A DNA stretch of 64,000 bases from the NCBI RefSeq assembly GCF_009914755.1, contig NC_060925.1; one strand, written 5' to 3'. Position 1 is the stretch's first letter. Each line of letters starts with the position of its first letter. Both the position numbers and the translations under genes were made by a program. Of this stretch, positions 25,665 to 41,034 are shown piece by piece. The notes under the pieces were generated by a model, which had not been told where the DNA came from, did no database searches, and was given only the letters and a program-made list of their open reading frames with translations. The DNA comes from the human T2T-CHM13v2.0 reference genome, Homo sapiens.

Positions 25665-27954
25665 GAGCAAAATTTTTACAAAAGGGTAGATGGTCTTGGG
25701 ATATCATATACTGAAGTGTTTATCTTCATGTTTGCTTTTCTTTCTTCTCCTTCCCTTTTTCTTCCTTCCCCTCCTCTTCTCTCCTTTTCTCATTGGAAGG
25801 CCAGGCACAGCAGAAGTTTCTGACTATGGAATTCAGTCGATTGTCATCCTCTAGGACTTACAGTTTCTTAGGGGGAGAACATCAGATAAGTATTTGAAGT
25901 GCTAGAGGGACTGTGACAGTATTTATGAAATGCTGTGTATGCACAAAGAAGACAGTGGCTAATTCTATCTGAGGGAGGAGTGTACATGGAAGAGAGAACA
26001 CTTTAATTAGATCGCAAAATATTCAGCAGGAAGATTTTTGAGAGAAATAGGCATTCCAGGCAAGAGGAGCAGCATGAGCAAAGACTTGGAGTGAAGTAGA
26101 CTGTCATGTTTGCAGAGCTGGCTGTAGTTCCACAAGTGTAGTTGGATGTAGTTCCACAAGTGTAGTGAGTACTACAAAGGAGAAGCACAGGTTCCAAAAG
26201 GATTAAGATGTCTGGGTCTCACATGAATCTGGAGGAAATCCCAACTCTGCCACTTATTTAACCTTCTAGCCCTCAGTTTCCTTATCTGTAAAGTGAGGCT
26301 AACAATAATGGCACTCATGGCTTAAATGAGATAATGCAGATAAAATTGTTGGTTCCATATTTGGTACCACACCTGCTGATTACTATTGTAAGTGCAAGAT
26401 GGGAGGTTGAGACCTTCCTCAATTTTCTAAATTAGGTTCTGACCCCCAACCCCACCCCAGCTCCTTTCGGAGCTTGTGCTTCTCCTCTGTAAACTCATTG
26501 CATTTGTGGACTGAAAGGTCTTGGAGAGCAGGGAACCTGTTCACCTTGTTTACCCCTGTACCCTCAACATTTAGCACAAGGGCAGGCACATACTAGGCAC
26601 TCAATTAGTATTTATCACGAAGAGTTTTGTGTGTCAGGATGAACAGTACATATTTTATTCTAAAAGGTAATGGGAACTAATAAAAAGGCTTTAGACTGGG
26701 GAATCACAAGATCTGTTTTATATTTTATGAAAAGTACTCTGACAGCAGTCCAAGGAATGAGTTAGAGGGGAGAGAGATGGAAGGTGGAGGGAAAAGTTAG
26801 AAGATTATTTCAACAGTCTAGTTGAGACAAGAGCCACTCTGTTTAAAAAGTGGATATGCAATGGAAGCATCCAGGAGAGAAGTTAGGAAGGAAGGATGGA
26901 CAAGACTTGGTGAGTGATTGGCTGAGGGGTGATGAAGGGGGAGAGGTCTGGGTGATGCTCGGATTTCTAATTTGGGTGATAAGGAGGATGGCAGTAGCTT
27001 TCATGGACAAAAGAAAAATGGGAAGATGAGCAGGCTTTGGGAGGGAGAGACAATGATTTCAGCTTTTGATGTTATTGAGTTTGAGGTAGCTGTGAAGGTT
27101 TCAGGTGAAGATTTCCAGTAGGCAGTGAGACACATGGCCCTGGAACTCAGAAGACAGGTCTTGACAAAAGACACAATTTAGGAGGCACCAACACGGTTGA
27201 GGTTTCAAACCTCTGATAAAAACCTTTGGGCCTTCTCCCAAGAAAGGATGCAAATATACACATTATGTTTCCTTTAATTTAAGAAGCTCTATTTGAATCC
27301 ATCCAGAGATCCTAGGTTAAGATAAAGTAAGGATAAGATCTCTGAAACTGTAAGAGTATTGAGAGAGAATTAAAGGGAAACAGTGAGGGAAAGGAAGGAG
27401 GGATTGAGAGGGAGAGGAGAAGAGGAGAGAGTCAATGACAGAAACTTGACATGCAAACATTTTTGAAGCGTGCACAGGAAAAATAGCTGACAAAGGAGTT
27501 TGTATAGGAGGGGCTGAAGAGGAGGGAACAAGGAAGTTTAGTGGGAACAGATCTTCAAGGAAGGAGTAGTCAACAATAACACTATTAATGTGTAGAAATA
27601 ATTCAAACAAGAGTTTGATTGAAATATGGCAATCAAGGAACTATTAATGACCTTTTCCTGAGCAATTTCAGGGGCTGGGGCTGAGAAACAGAAGTTTGAC
27701 AGCTTTTGGTTGAAGACGGAGTAGGAATGAAATAGTGTTTAGTGAAGTGCTTCTCCTCTTCAGAATCTCCATTATGAAGGAATAGTGCACATATCATCTG
27801 GCTGTCCAGGATCACTTCCTCCTCCCCTTCTTATTAGCATATCATTCTTCCTGGAGAAGCCCCACTGTGAGTACTTAATAGAAAGCAGTGATTGCTTTCT
27901 ACTATGGAAACCCGAGGGTCCAGATCTTCCTTTTCCCCACTTTGGGGCACTATT

Positions 27955-28545
27955 AAGGACTAAATTGTGTCTCTCCCAGTTCATATATTGAAGTCCACAT
28001 GTGGAACTCCCTATACCTCAGGATGTGACTATATGTGGATATAGAGCCTTTAAAGAGGTAATTAAGTTAAAATAAAATCATTAGGTGGGCTCTAGTCCAA
28101 TATGACTGATGTCCTTATTAGTTGGGACACAGACCCATACAGGGAGAAGATGGACACCTACAAGCCAAGGAGAGAGGCCTCAGAAGAAACCAACCCTATG
28201 GACTCAAAGGGAGAACAACAGACACACTGGGGCCTACTTGAAGGTGGAGGGTAGGAAGAGGGAGAGGATCGGAAAAAATAACTATTGAGTAACTAGGCTT
28301 AGTACATGGGTGATGAAATAATGTGTGCAACAAACCCCCGTGATAGGAGTTTACCTATGTAGCAAACCTGCACGCGTACCCCTAAATCTAAAATAAAAGT
28401 TTTTTTAAAAAATTAAAAGAAACCAACCCTGTCAACACCTTGGTCTTGGACTTGCAGCCTCAAGAACTGTAAGAAAATACATTTTTGTTGTTTAAGCCAC
28501 CCAGTCTGTGGTACTTTGTTATAAAAGTGCTAGCTAACTGATACA
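27955..28545 (+). mobile_element. MLT1-type (MaLR) LTR interrupted by an L1 3' end (28198-28416)
   Basis: MLT1 motifs on both sides; the L1 3' UTR fragment is flanked by the 14-bp TSD aagaaaccaaccct (28184-28197, 28417-28430). Confidence 0.78.
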
Positions 28546-28821
28546 GGCAGACAGAGGACAGGCATATAACTGAGGTTTGGCCCATTAGAGTCTCTTCTGA
28601 GATGAATCCTGAATAAGAGACACTTGTTTACTCATAAGGGAGATTCACTTCTAGGAGAGGGAGATGGTTGGGTCCCAGTCATCACAGCAGTGGGATGGGC
28701 TGACCTCCTCTAGTTTCCATCCAATAAATTTGTTTCCTCTACTTAAAAGATCTGGATTCTGATAAAGTTGTTTATAACCCAGAGCCCTAAGTGACACAAT
28801 AAGAAAGGAGAAGTGGAGGAT

Positions 28822-29487
28822 GGTAACTAGACAGAGCTGATTCATCAAGACAGGAGAATTGCAATAGAGAAAGAGTAATTCATGCAGAGCTGACTGAGCC
28901 AGAGACTGGAGTTTTATTATCACTCAAATCAGTCTTCCAGAGTATTCGGGGAGCAGAGTTTTTAAGGACAACTTGGTTGGTGGAGGGGAAGCCAGTGAGC
29001 CAGGAGTGTTGATTGGTCAGGGATGAAATCACAGGAAGTTGAAGCTGTCTTCTTGTTCTGAGTCAGTTCCTGGGTGGGCACCACAAGATCAGATGAGCCA
29101 GTTTATTGATCTGGGTGTTGCCAGGTGATCCATCAAGTGCAGAGTCTGCAAAATATCTCAAGCACCGATCTTAGGATCAGTGCTTAGGGAGGGTCAGAAT
29201 CTTGTAGCCTCCACCTGCATGATTCCTAAACCATAATTTCCAATCTTGTGGCTAATGTTAGTCCTACAAAGACAATCTAGTCTTCAGAAAAAAAGGAGGT
29301 CTGCCCTGGGAAAGGGCTGTTATCATCTTTGCTTTAAACCACAAACTATAAACTAAGTTTCTCCCAAAGTTAGTTCAGCCTATGCCCAAGAATGAGGAAA
29401 GACAGCTTGGAGGTTAGAAGCAAGATGGAGTCAATTAAGTTAGATCTCTCTCACTGTTTCAGACACAATTCTGCAAAGGAAGTTTCA
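28822..29487 (-). mobile_element. ERV1 solo LTR, LTR8-like
   Basis: Minus strand starts tgaaacttcctttgcagaatt and contains taattgactccatcttgcttctaacc, as in the recalled LTR8 consensus. Confidence 0.7.
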
Positions 29488-30274
29488 AGAGAATGGGAGT
29501 TTTTGTTTTCCTTAAGTGAAAGATACAAGCTTGGTTATAGGTCTTTGGGAAGAAGCCAGCAGGGTGGGAGAAGTTGGATGCCTAACAGGGACGGAATACC
29601 TAGAGAAGCAAGTGTGGGTCCTGAGGAGATGGAAATGGGACATGGACAGGGAGTTGGCTGTGAACTGGATACGGATTACCTCTCGCTCTGAGCTGAAGGC
29701 AGGGGCTGAGGGGGTACATATGCAAATCCATTTTCAGATGTTGAGTGACCATCCACATCTGCTGGTCCTGATTTTCTTGGTTAAGGAGGAGTCAAAGACA
29801 CCTGTCGAGAAAGAGTGGGTAACAGTTGTGGTGGGGGTTTGAGAACACCAGAGTTGAGAATGGCCATTGTGGTGCATGGGAGAAGGAGCCGACTGTTTGT
29901 ATGTACAATAATTACCAAGAATTCCAAACAATTGTAAGGATTGCCAAGCAATGCCAAGGGCCCACCTGAGGTGGGTCACTATGGATTTGTAGCTGGATCA
30001 GTCTTCAGTGCTGGTAACATTTCTCCAGTTGTACTCAGTGCCAACTGCTGTCTGATTAGCCTGCTGAAAACAGTCCTGAGCAGGAGTGGAGGGAGGTCCT
30101 ACAACCTGTATTACCTCCAAAGCAGCTCAACCAGACTGAGGAAATGCTAGAATGAAGGTATGTGGGCTTTCAGTGAGCTCATCCAAGACAAGTAGTCAGG
30201 AAGGCTGTGAGAAAGGTAGGCTGGCCTGGCAGTCTTTGGTATAGTCCAGCAGTTGAGTTCCAGTTACCTATTGC

Positions 30275-31620
30275 TGTAACTGTAGAAAAAACAAACTCAG
30301 TTCCTCCCACTATGCTCTCACAACACATTTCTGACAACAGATATGTGGGGATTTCTCTCCACTGGCAAGCAAGCAAGCAAGCAATTCAGCAGTGGGCACC
30401 AACTGGGTGTCTTCTAATCCAGTGGTCCCCAAAATTTTTGGCACCAGGGATTGGCTTCATGGAAGACAATTTTTCCTCGGACAGGGGTAGGGGGGTGGGG
30501 GATGGTTTCAGGATGATTCAAGTGCATTACATTTATTGTGCACTTCATTTCTATTATTATTACAGTGTAATATTTAATGAAGTAATTATACAACTTACCA
30601 TAATGTAGAATCAGGGGGAGCCCCGAGCTTGTTTTCTTGCAACTAGACAGTCCCATCTAGGGTGATGGGAGACAATGCCAGGTCATCAGGCATTAGATTC
30701 TCATAAGGAGAACACAACCTAGATCCCTTGCATGCGTACTTCACAATAGGGTTCCTGCTCCTGTGATGATTTAATGCCACAGCTGATCTGACAGGAGGAG
30801 GAGCTCAGGTGGTGATGTGAGCCATGGGGATCTACTGTAAATACAGATAAAGCTTTGCTCCCCACCTGCCACTCACCTCCTGCTGTGCAGCCCAGTTCCT
30901 AAGAGGTCACTGACAACTACAAATCTGGGGATTGGGACTTCTGCTCGAATTCAATTGAATTCCAACACTATCTAACTGGAAATAGCATCAGGTGACACAA
31001 GTGAAGGGCTCAGTCTCACAAGACACTTCTGATATTGCAGGGTGAAGCCCCAGGTTGTTTTATCTGTGCTTTTGACCAACCAGTTATAAATGGGGGTTCC
31101 CACCACCTGCATCTTGGGTTCAATTAATTTGCTAGAGTGGCTCTCAGTACTCAGGGAAACATTTACATTTATCAGTTTGTGATAAAGAATATTACAAAGG
31201 ACACAAGTAAAGAGTACATAGGGCAAGACCTGTGGGAAGGGGCTTGGAGCTTCCATGCCCTCTGGTGCACTACCCTCCAAGAACCTCTCTGTGTTCGGCT
31301 CTCTGGAGGATCTCCAAACCCTGTCCTTTTGGGTTTTTATGGGAGCTTTATTACTTAGGAATGATTAATTAAGTCATTGGCTATTGGTGATCAATTCAAC
31401 CTTCAGCCCCTCTCCACTTCCCAGAGGGAGTTTGGAGGGTGGAGCTGAAAGCCCCAATCCTCTGACCTTGCCATGATCTTTCTTGTGCCCAGCCCCTGTT
31501 ATGAAGCTACCTAAGAGCTGCCAGCCATCAGTTACCTCATTAGCACACCAAAAGACATCACTTTGGAGATTCTAAGGATTTTAGGAGTTGTATGCCAGGA
31601 AAAAGGATGAAGACTGTATA
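30275..31620. mobile_element. MER21-like LTR with a nested MER1 DNA transposon (~30420-30942)
   Basis: MER1 terminus cagtggtccccaa...tttttggcaccaggga and internal ggcattagattctcataaggag; flanks resemble MER21. Boundaries approximate. Confidence 0.6.
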
Positions 31621-33572
31621 AAGGACCCTTGACATAACTAACTCCATCTTAGAAAAAGACTCCATTTTATATTTCGTAGGGCATTTGGCCAACAAGATAA
31701 AATGTTCTAAGAAACAAATTAAAAATGATAAAGACTGCAGCCGACCAAATAAGGCCACAGACAAGCACACTCTTCCAACTTTCAGTTCTTATCACAGGAC
31801 TCCACGACTAAAAGAGAAGGCCTTCAGCAGCTTGAAATGGCTATCTTAGCTGACACTGTCTTGCAGTCACTCATGATGATAATTTGGCATCTGCCACTGA
31901 AGGCTCTGCCACCTCAGACTCTTCTTTGCAAGACCAACGGGTAGCCAGGCCCAAACCAGGCCTCCTTGGTTCTTCTTAGATCCTCATCAACAGGCTTATT
32001 AACCCTTTCTCCTGTCTCTTTTTCCTCTTGATGTTAAATAGTACTTAGTTTGTTGTGGAACGTTTAACCTATAACATTTATGTAAATGTTATAGGTAGAG
32101 AGGATTGCCATATTTGGGAGAGAGGGTCTCTCTCTCTCTCTCCCACTGGACGTGAACAAGGGCTCATTTTGTCCTAAGGTCTTGCTGGCAGCTATCCTTA
32201 AGACTTTATAACATTTAGGAGCTATACAGCTTCTCTTTCTGCTGTATTCTAATCACCAGAAGTTATAAGCCCACCCAGATTCAAGGGTAGAGGATGTAGG
32301 CCTCATTTCTTGATGGAGAGAGTGTCAAAGAATTTGCAGCCGTGTTTTAGTGCTGCCACAACTAGCTACTCTAATACACTTTAAAGATTTCTTGATTCTT
32401 CGGTGGTGTGATTAGAGTAAAATCCTGAAAAATAGAAAGGCCTGGGGGAAGGGGAGACTGTAAGATCTAGGGAAGGGAAGATTTTTTATCCTATTCTAAG
32501 AACAATCACAGGAAGAAGGGAGGTAGTTGGTACTAACTAGAAAGAAGCAAGTCAGACAGACATTATCCATTCATCCCCTCCCAGGTCCAAGAGTTTGCTT
32601 ACGATTATAAACAGCAAGAAGACTGTATTTCGTGATGCTCTCTTAGCTCAGGGCTACAGAGCAATGCTGTTGTATGTAGGAAAGAATGATTTCTTGAACT
32701 TGAATCCACAGTAGGTTCTGAGTTTTTTCCAACTCAACAATTGCTATGACTCAGTTAACTCAACAAATAGAATATGATGTACTAGCCTGATATCCATCCC
32801 TCTCCCTCCCTTCTAATATAACCTTGATTCTATTCAGGAATCACCCTCATATGCAGAGGTGGATCTTGACTGATCTAAGCCACTCAGGGTGTAGCATTCC
32901 CCTGGCTTTTATTGGTTAAGTGGGAGAAGACGGAACTTTGTCCTAAATAGGGCCAATCTGGTAGAGGGGAGTGCCATGTTTGGGAGAGATGATCTCTCTC
33001 TCCCACTGTACATGAACAAGGGCTCATTTTGTCCTAGGTTCTGCTGGCAAAACCTAAGATTTTGAAGGCAGCCAGTCTGAGGTCAATGCCAAATAGCCAA
33101 GGAGGACAGAGTGGAGGGATAGAATATGGTCTTGGTGACATCACTGAGCTTCTAACGCAACCAACCCAGATTTCTTACAATTTCAAGTAAATTTCCCTGC
33201 TGTTTAAGCCAATTTAAGTCAGGGCTTGTTACCTTCATCCAAAGGCATCCTAGTGAATACCTTGGTATTTACTGAGTACCTACTAAAAAGATAAGAAACT
33301 CTTTTTCTGGAAGGAGCTAATAATGAACAGGGGAGGAAACTTGACATTTAATGAAGAAGAAAGAAATGCTGACCTGGAGACCAGGAGCTCTAGACCTAGC
33401 TATGTCACCCAGGGTGACCACCAATTAAATTGTCTAGATCTCAGTCTCTACAATCATGAAATGAGAAAGTGGAGTGTGGACTGTATGTTTGCTAAGATCT
33501 CCTCTGGCTAAATTACTGTGTTTTAATGTCAACTAGAGGAAATATGACGCCCCCACTTTTTTTTTTTGGTAA

Positions 33573-34627
<1,055 letters not shown>

Positions 34628-36390
34628 TCAGAAAGACACAGTTACTGGGACAGTAAAAAACAAAACAAAACAAAACCCCACAAAAAACTGAGAGAGACAC
34701 CCAGGTTTACAAATATGGTGTCTTAAAAATAGATGGAAAATGCATGAAGAGCAAGGCATCTACTGAGAGATCTGGAAACAGACAAACCTCGAGATACATC
34801 ATACAAAGGCAGTCATGGGACAAGGAGAGAACACTTTCACAAAACCAGGAAGAGATAGACAGACAACAAGGGAAAAAAAGCACATGGGATTGAAGTAGAT
34901 TTTGTGGGATGACCTTAAGCTGCACCTGTTGGCGTTGGCTGTGGTTATTAAAATAATATGACCTGTTGACATACAAGAACTTTCCAAAATTTTATGCTAT
35001 AGCCAAGAGTGAGTTTTAAATGCCCTGCCTTATGCTATCTCACATCAGAACATGCTTAGATGCCTCCCAGACTTGCAAGTTTTTAAAGTTTCAAAAAGAG
35101 AGTGATGGCGATGTGTTATGGGAAGGATACTGGTCAAGGAGGAAGGAAATCTCAGTTTTGGTTTCAGTCTAACAGGGGTCAGTTGTCAAGCCACTTCTCT
35201 TCCCTAAACTTGTTTCCTCATCGCAAAGTGAGGTAATTGGGCTAGATTATATCTAACTCTTTCCATCTTAAATATTCTCTAATTCTGAATGTTGCCTTCC
35301 AGTGGTAGTTTCTAGATATTGCAGAATGTAGTAGCCTTTGTCTTCTAAAAATCCTAATGAAGGCAGCTTTTGGGAGCCAAAAGGATTTTCTAGCAGAGCT
35401 AGCAAATTATACTTCTAAGAGTTAAAAGTTAATTATAAAAACTAAATTCATGCTTCTGCTCATGTGCAAAATCTTCAGAATCTACCAGAACAATACAAGG
35501 TAACACCAAAAAGAAAACTTAGTTTTTGAAAAAGTTTTTGAAAAAGAAGTGGAAATACTGTTTTGTGTTGTTCTGTTTTTAATCCGTGCCATCCCACTGG
35601 AGAAGAGAGAAAGGTTGGCAACATCATTGGGAGTATGAGCAGAGCTCAGAACCATCCCTAGAGACTCAGTCCTTGTCCCTTTCACCAATATTTTGTTATT
35701 GTGGCTTTAAGCACTTTTTGGTTTGAAAATACACGCGTGATCTATATATGTTCTTGTTGCAAATAAGTGAAACAATTCGGACGTAAATAAAATAAAAGTA
35801 ACAGTGAGATTTAATGACTCCCTCCCCCAATTTCACTCCCTTCCTCAGAGGTAACCCCTTAGAAGCTTGTAGTATATCTTTCCAGAACTTTCCCCATACA
35901 CTTATATTCATATAAGCACACATCCACCTTTATGTATTTATATTTTGCTCATTTCTGTAGTTATTGTTAGCATATTACATAATGCATATTCTTCTGCAAC
36001 TTCCTTTTTTATAATGATTCCACATATACATAAACACCATGTTGTTTCACCATGTTGGCCAGCTGGTCTCGAACAACTGCAAACTCCACTCAACATCTTT
36101 CACATTTCACATTAAATGGGAGGAGAAATGCTTAAAAAATGTATTTGAGGGTGTGTGGAAAGGAAGAAATGGTATTACTTTGACTTTCTTTTTTTTTTAA
36201 AAGATTTGGGTCATTTTGGCCACCAAAACAGGAACTTTATCCTGTATGGGCAGTTGCCTACTGCACAGCCATTTCTTCCCTTCTTCTTTGCTAACGGAAC
36301 TTGATTTCGTTTAGCAATGTTGTGGTCATGAGCTGTAGAGAAGCCTAGACCTTTTCCAGCCTCAGTGTGTGAACTTTCGGTTAGTCTAAA

Positions 36391-36575
36391 CCAGTGGTTC
36401 TCAAATTTGAGCTACATCAGAGCCATTTGGAGGGCTTGTTAAAAACACAACTTGGTGAGCTCTACTCTACCCTCCGAGTTTCTGATTCTGGTGGGGCTTG
36501 AGAATGTGCATTTCTAATAAGTTTCCAGGTAATGCTGATCTTGGTACAAGGACCACACTTTGAGAACTGCTGCTC
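36391..36575. mobile_element. MER5A DNA transposon
   Basis: cagtggttctcaaa ... ggaccacactttgagaactgctg terminal inverted repeats. Confidence 0.75.
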
Positions 36576-37705
36576 TAAGCCAATTATGGTGTTCTATTGT
36601 CTTGCCATGCTTAGGACTAAGCATATGATACAGTTCTGGACAATTAATCCTCAGGGATAATCTGCTAGAGGGATTCTGGGACTCAGGAAGTAACGAGTTC
36701 TTTCTCAGTCTTTGGACATGGTGATGCTTAAAGATGTGATGCTGGGAGCTACTACGGCAGCCAACTTGCTTCCAGAGAAGACTGGCTGACATGCTGAGAG
36801 TAGCAAAGCAAAGAGAGGGAAGAATCTGGGTTACTGATGACATTATTGTAGATTAAACAGCTCTGGAGCTGCCCTAACTTCAAGAAACTTAATATGTGAG
36901 ATAGTAAAACATTTATTATTATTTAAGCCATTTGAGCAGAATTTTCTGTACTTGCTGCAGAAAGCCACCTAACTGATTCATTCATACCCTTCTCTCTCAG
37001 TGCTCAGAGAGACTCCAGCTGATGTAGCAGCAGAGCAATTTACTTTAAGCATGATTTTGGATATTTTAGGTTGTTTCTAATTTTCATTATCATTCAGTAG
37101 CTCTGCAAAGAGTAACAATGCTTTTGTATATTTTGGGATATTTCCAAAGGTCATTTTCCCAGAAGCAAAATTACAATGTCATAAGTATATGAATTTCCAA
37201 GGTTTTGATAGTTTTTCCAAATCTCTTTCCAAAACAATTGTTTTAATTTCTACCCTATTCAGAAATATATGCAAGTTCATTTAATCACGTCCTTTTTTCT
37301 TAATTGTGGGCAATTTCATAGCTGAGAAATGGGGTCTCATAATTTTTATTTGCATTTATTTGATTACTAGTGTGGAGTCAACATTTACCATGTGTCTGTC
37401 AACCAGTTGCATTTCCTCTTTCATGTTGCTATTAGATGGAAAGCACTTAGCACCATGTCTGGCCCTCTTGGATATTTATTTTTTGTTTAACTAAATGTTT
37501 TTGGGTTTCTCTATTGATATCCCTGCCTTTGCCTATTTATCAAAACTCTATGTTCTTCTCATTAATTTCTTATGTAATAAAAATACCCCTTTGCAGGGAG
37601 ACATGAATTTTTACACATTTTTTTTTCCAGTTTGCAGTTAGTAGTTTGTTTTTGGTTGGTTTTAGTTTTGTATCATTCCGAAATTTAAAAGTTTCATGAA
37701 GTTCT

Positions 37706-37976
37706 TTTCTTTTCTTTCTTTCTTTTTTTGTTTTTTTCTGAGACAGAGTCTCATTCTGTTGCCCAGGCTGGAGTGCAGTGGCATGATCTCCGCTCGCTGC
37801 AACCTTTGACTCACCTCCTGGGTTCAAGTGAGCACGTTAGGCTAATTTTTGTATTTTCAGTAGGGACAGGGTTTCACCGTGTTGGCCAGCTGGTCTCGAA
37901 CTTCTGACCTCATGTGATCCACCTGCCTCGGCCTCCCAAAGTGCTAGGATTACAGGCATGAGCCATCACGCCTGGT
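37706..37976 (-). mobile_element. Alu with an internal deletion
   Basis: Antisense Alu lacking about 55 bp after ggttcaagtga. Confidence 0.85.
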
Positions 37977-39643
37977 CTCTTTTCTTTCCTTCTTTTTTTT
38001 TTTTTCCTCTATTTTTTCCTAAGCTTAGAAATCTTTCTTCCTTCAGAGAATTTACTCAAGATTCAATTCTATTATCCTCTTGTGTATCCATAGCTTGATT
38101 CATGTGTTTCACTCTATGATCCTTATGAAACAGATTTGCTTGTATTCTGAGAGGAGCTGTCTGCTTAACAACTTGCCTGGCTCGAGGGGCTTACTAATGC
38201 CTTTTAGCTCCCTGCTTTTTGACTCTCTTTACAACTCTCCTTAGAACCCAACAAAAAGAGATATAAAATAAGTGACATAAAAATGTGAAGTGCTTAAACC
38301 ATTTATTTTACATTGCTGACTTTTTTCCATGTATCTTTCCTTTCTGATTAGTACTTAAAATCAAGGCAGAAGCACCTTAAAGATAGAAATGGCTAAATAT
38401 TCTTGAACCTTTCAATCGTAGGATGCCAGAACAGGCCTCTAGCGTAGAAAATGTCTATACTGAGATCAAAGAGTCTCCCCTAGAGCAGAGTTTGTTGTAT
38501 TCTGAGTATGAGGAGAGTAGGACAGTGTGATGAAGCTGCAGTGGAGTAAATGGTTTTTGGTATCACAGTGCTTTACAGAACACATTAAGGAGTTTGGGTT
38601 TTGTCGTGAGGGTGTGGGGAGCCACTGAATTATTTGAAGCAGGAAAGTGACATAATATAATTTGTACTTTAACAAAATTACTCTGGTTGCTGCTTGTAAA
38701 TAGGCTGGAGGAGTAAGACTGGGAGCAGAAAGATGAGTTGGTCTCTTGCGGTAGTCATGGTGGCAGATGAAGATAGCCTCAGGCTAAGGTAATGGTGGTG
38801 GGGTTGAGATATTTAGCAAGAAGAACCGGCACAATTGGATGTGGGTTATGAAAGAGAATGTGGGAATCACAATGATATCCAGATTCCTGCTTTAGGAGGT
38901 GCCATTCCCTGAGGTGGGGAATATGATGGAAAGAAGCTTAGCTGGAAGGGGTTGGGGAGAGATGGTAAGTTCAGGTTTGGATATTCTGCGTTTGAGGTGC
39001 CTGTGGACATAGCAGGAGAGTGGTCAATATCAGCTGGGTAACTGGAAGGAGAAATCTGGGCTAGAGCTAGAGACACAGACTGGAGCTGAATTGTGCTTTT
39101 AGAAAATTAACTGGAAGCCAAAGAGATGACTCCTTATTTGCTGATACCTTGCAGCAGGTCTATTTCCAGTGACAAGGAGGCAAGTTTGAATTGGTTAGAG
39201 CCTCATTCACAGTTCTTCAAATGTTCTTGTCAAGTATTTACTTGCTACTAAGGAGGATGGCTTCAACCTTCCCCAGGACCATTTTCCAGCATCCTTCAGC
39301 ATGTTTGGCTTAGGACCAAGTTCCCACCCTCCTGAATTTTACCCTTGCTGGAGACACATGCACTTGATACAGTTAAAGGGCAAAACAGGCCTGATGGGGA
39401 GGTTCCAACGCATTTGCGTTGCAGACCGTAGGTGTTAGAATCTAACTCCTAGTTTTCTACTACAACTTCAAATGCCACCCTCCTCACTAAGGGTCTAAAG
39501 CCAGAGTGCGGATGAATGAATCAAGCCTTTCTTTCTGAGTACCACTGTCTGAAGTCATGCTGAGGTCAAGAGACATTCAATCAGAAGAGCAGACCAAGTG
39601 GCTTAAGGTAAGTGCAGCCCCGGGTTCTCTTTGCTCTGGACTC

Positions 39644-39949
<306 letters not shown>

Positions 39950-41034
39950 TGCTCTGGACTCTTAATTTCACTCCCCTAGACCATTAGTTGGCTGTTTCTT
40001 GCATTAAACCACTCAGATCTCTCTTTCATTTCCTTGTAAACTGGATTCCTTCGTCCTGCAGAAGAGATGTGTATTGTCCACTTTTGTTTCAACAGAGGGC
40101 AGTAGAGAACAGCAAACAGTTTACATTTCTAAGCCCAGAAGAAATAAAACAAATCCATTTACAACATTCTCCTCAGGTCAAGGTACCCAAAATATGGCAC
40201 ACTGTGCTTCGTGTGTTCATAAATGGGGCATGTCCTTGTGAAAGTAGGGCAGATCCCGGAGAGTCAGCGACTCGTAGACGACCCTTCGTCTTGTGAACAA
40301 CAGTTTAGCTATGTGTAACTCATGGAAGGCTTTATGGAGAAGGAGTTTGATCTTGAAGGATAAGTATGAGTTGGCAAGATAGCTTTGTTCACAGAAAGCA
40401 GCATGGGCTCAAACATGGCAATAGCATGGCAAGCTTGGGGAAGTTAAGAATAGGATTGGGCAGAATCTGACAAGACCGCAATATACCTCAAGACTCTAGG
40501 TGCTGGAATCTTCAGTATGGCACATAGCATCCTGTGCCGTGGGGCAGCTGTGATATTACATACACTCTCAGATGCTATGTGCCATCCCGAAGTGTTTGAA
40601 TGTCACTTTGAAGGGTTTAATATCATCCTGAAAGCAATGTAAAATCATTGAAGAATTTTGAGTAGGGTGGTGATCTAACCTATTAGGCAATTTGAGATTT
40701 TCTTGTTTGTTTTTAATTGAGGTATATCATGGTCTTGTTAATCTTTTAAACTTTAGCCACCCAGGTGGGTATACAGTGATATTGTGTTTTTAATGTGCGT
40801 TTCCCTGATAAGTAGTGACTTATTATCTTTTTATGTGCTTATTTGGTCATTTGGATATCCTTTTTTATGATGTTTCTGTTTAAGGCTTTTGCACACTTAC
40901 GAATTAGCTTATCTTCTCATTGATTTTTAATAGTTTTTTATGTATTTTAGATATGTCTTTTGTCAAATATACCTATTACAAATATTCCTCCTACTCTGTG
41001 GCTTTCCTACTAACTTTTCAAATGATGTCTTAAT

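Noticed and set aside
26123-26166. 24-bp-period tandem duplication (tgtagttccacaagtgtagt)
   Set aside because: Ordinary slippage duplication within an old repeat.
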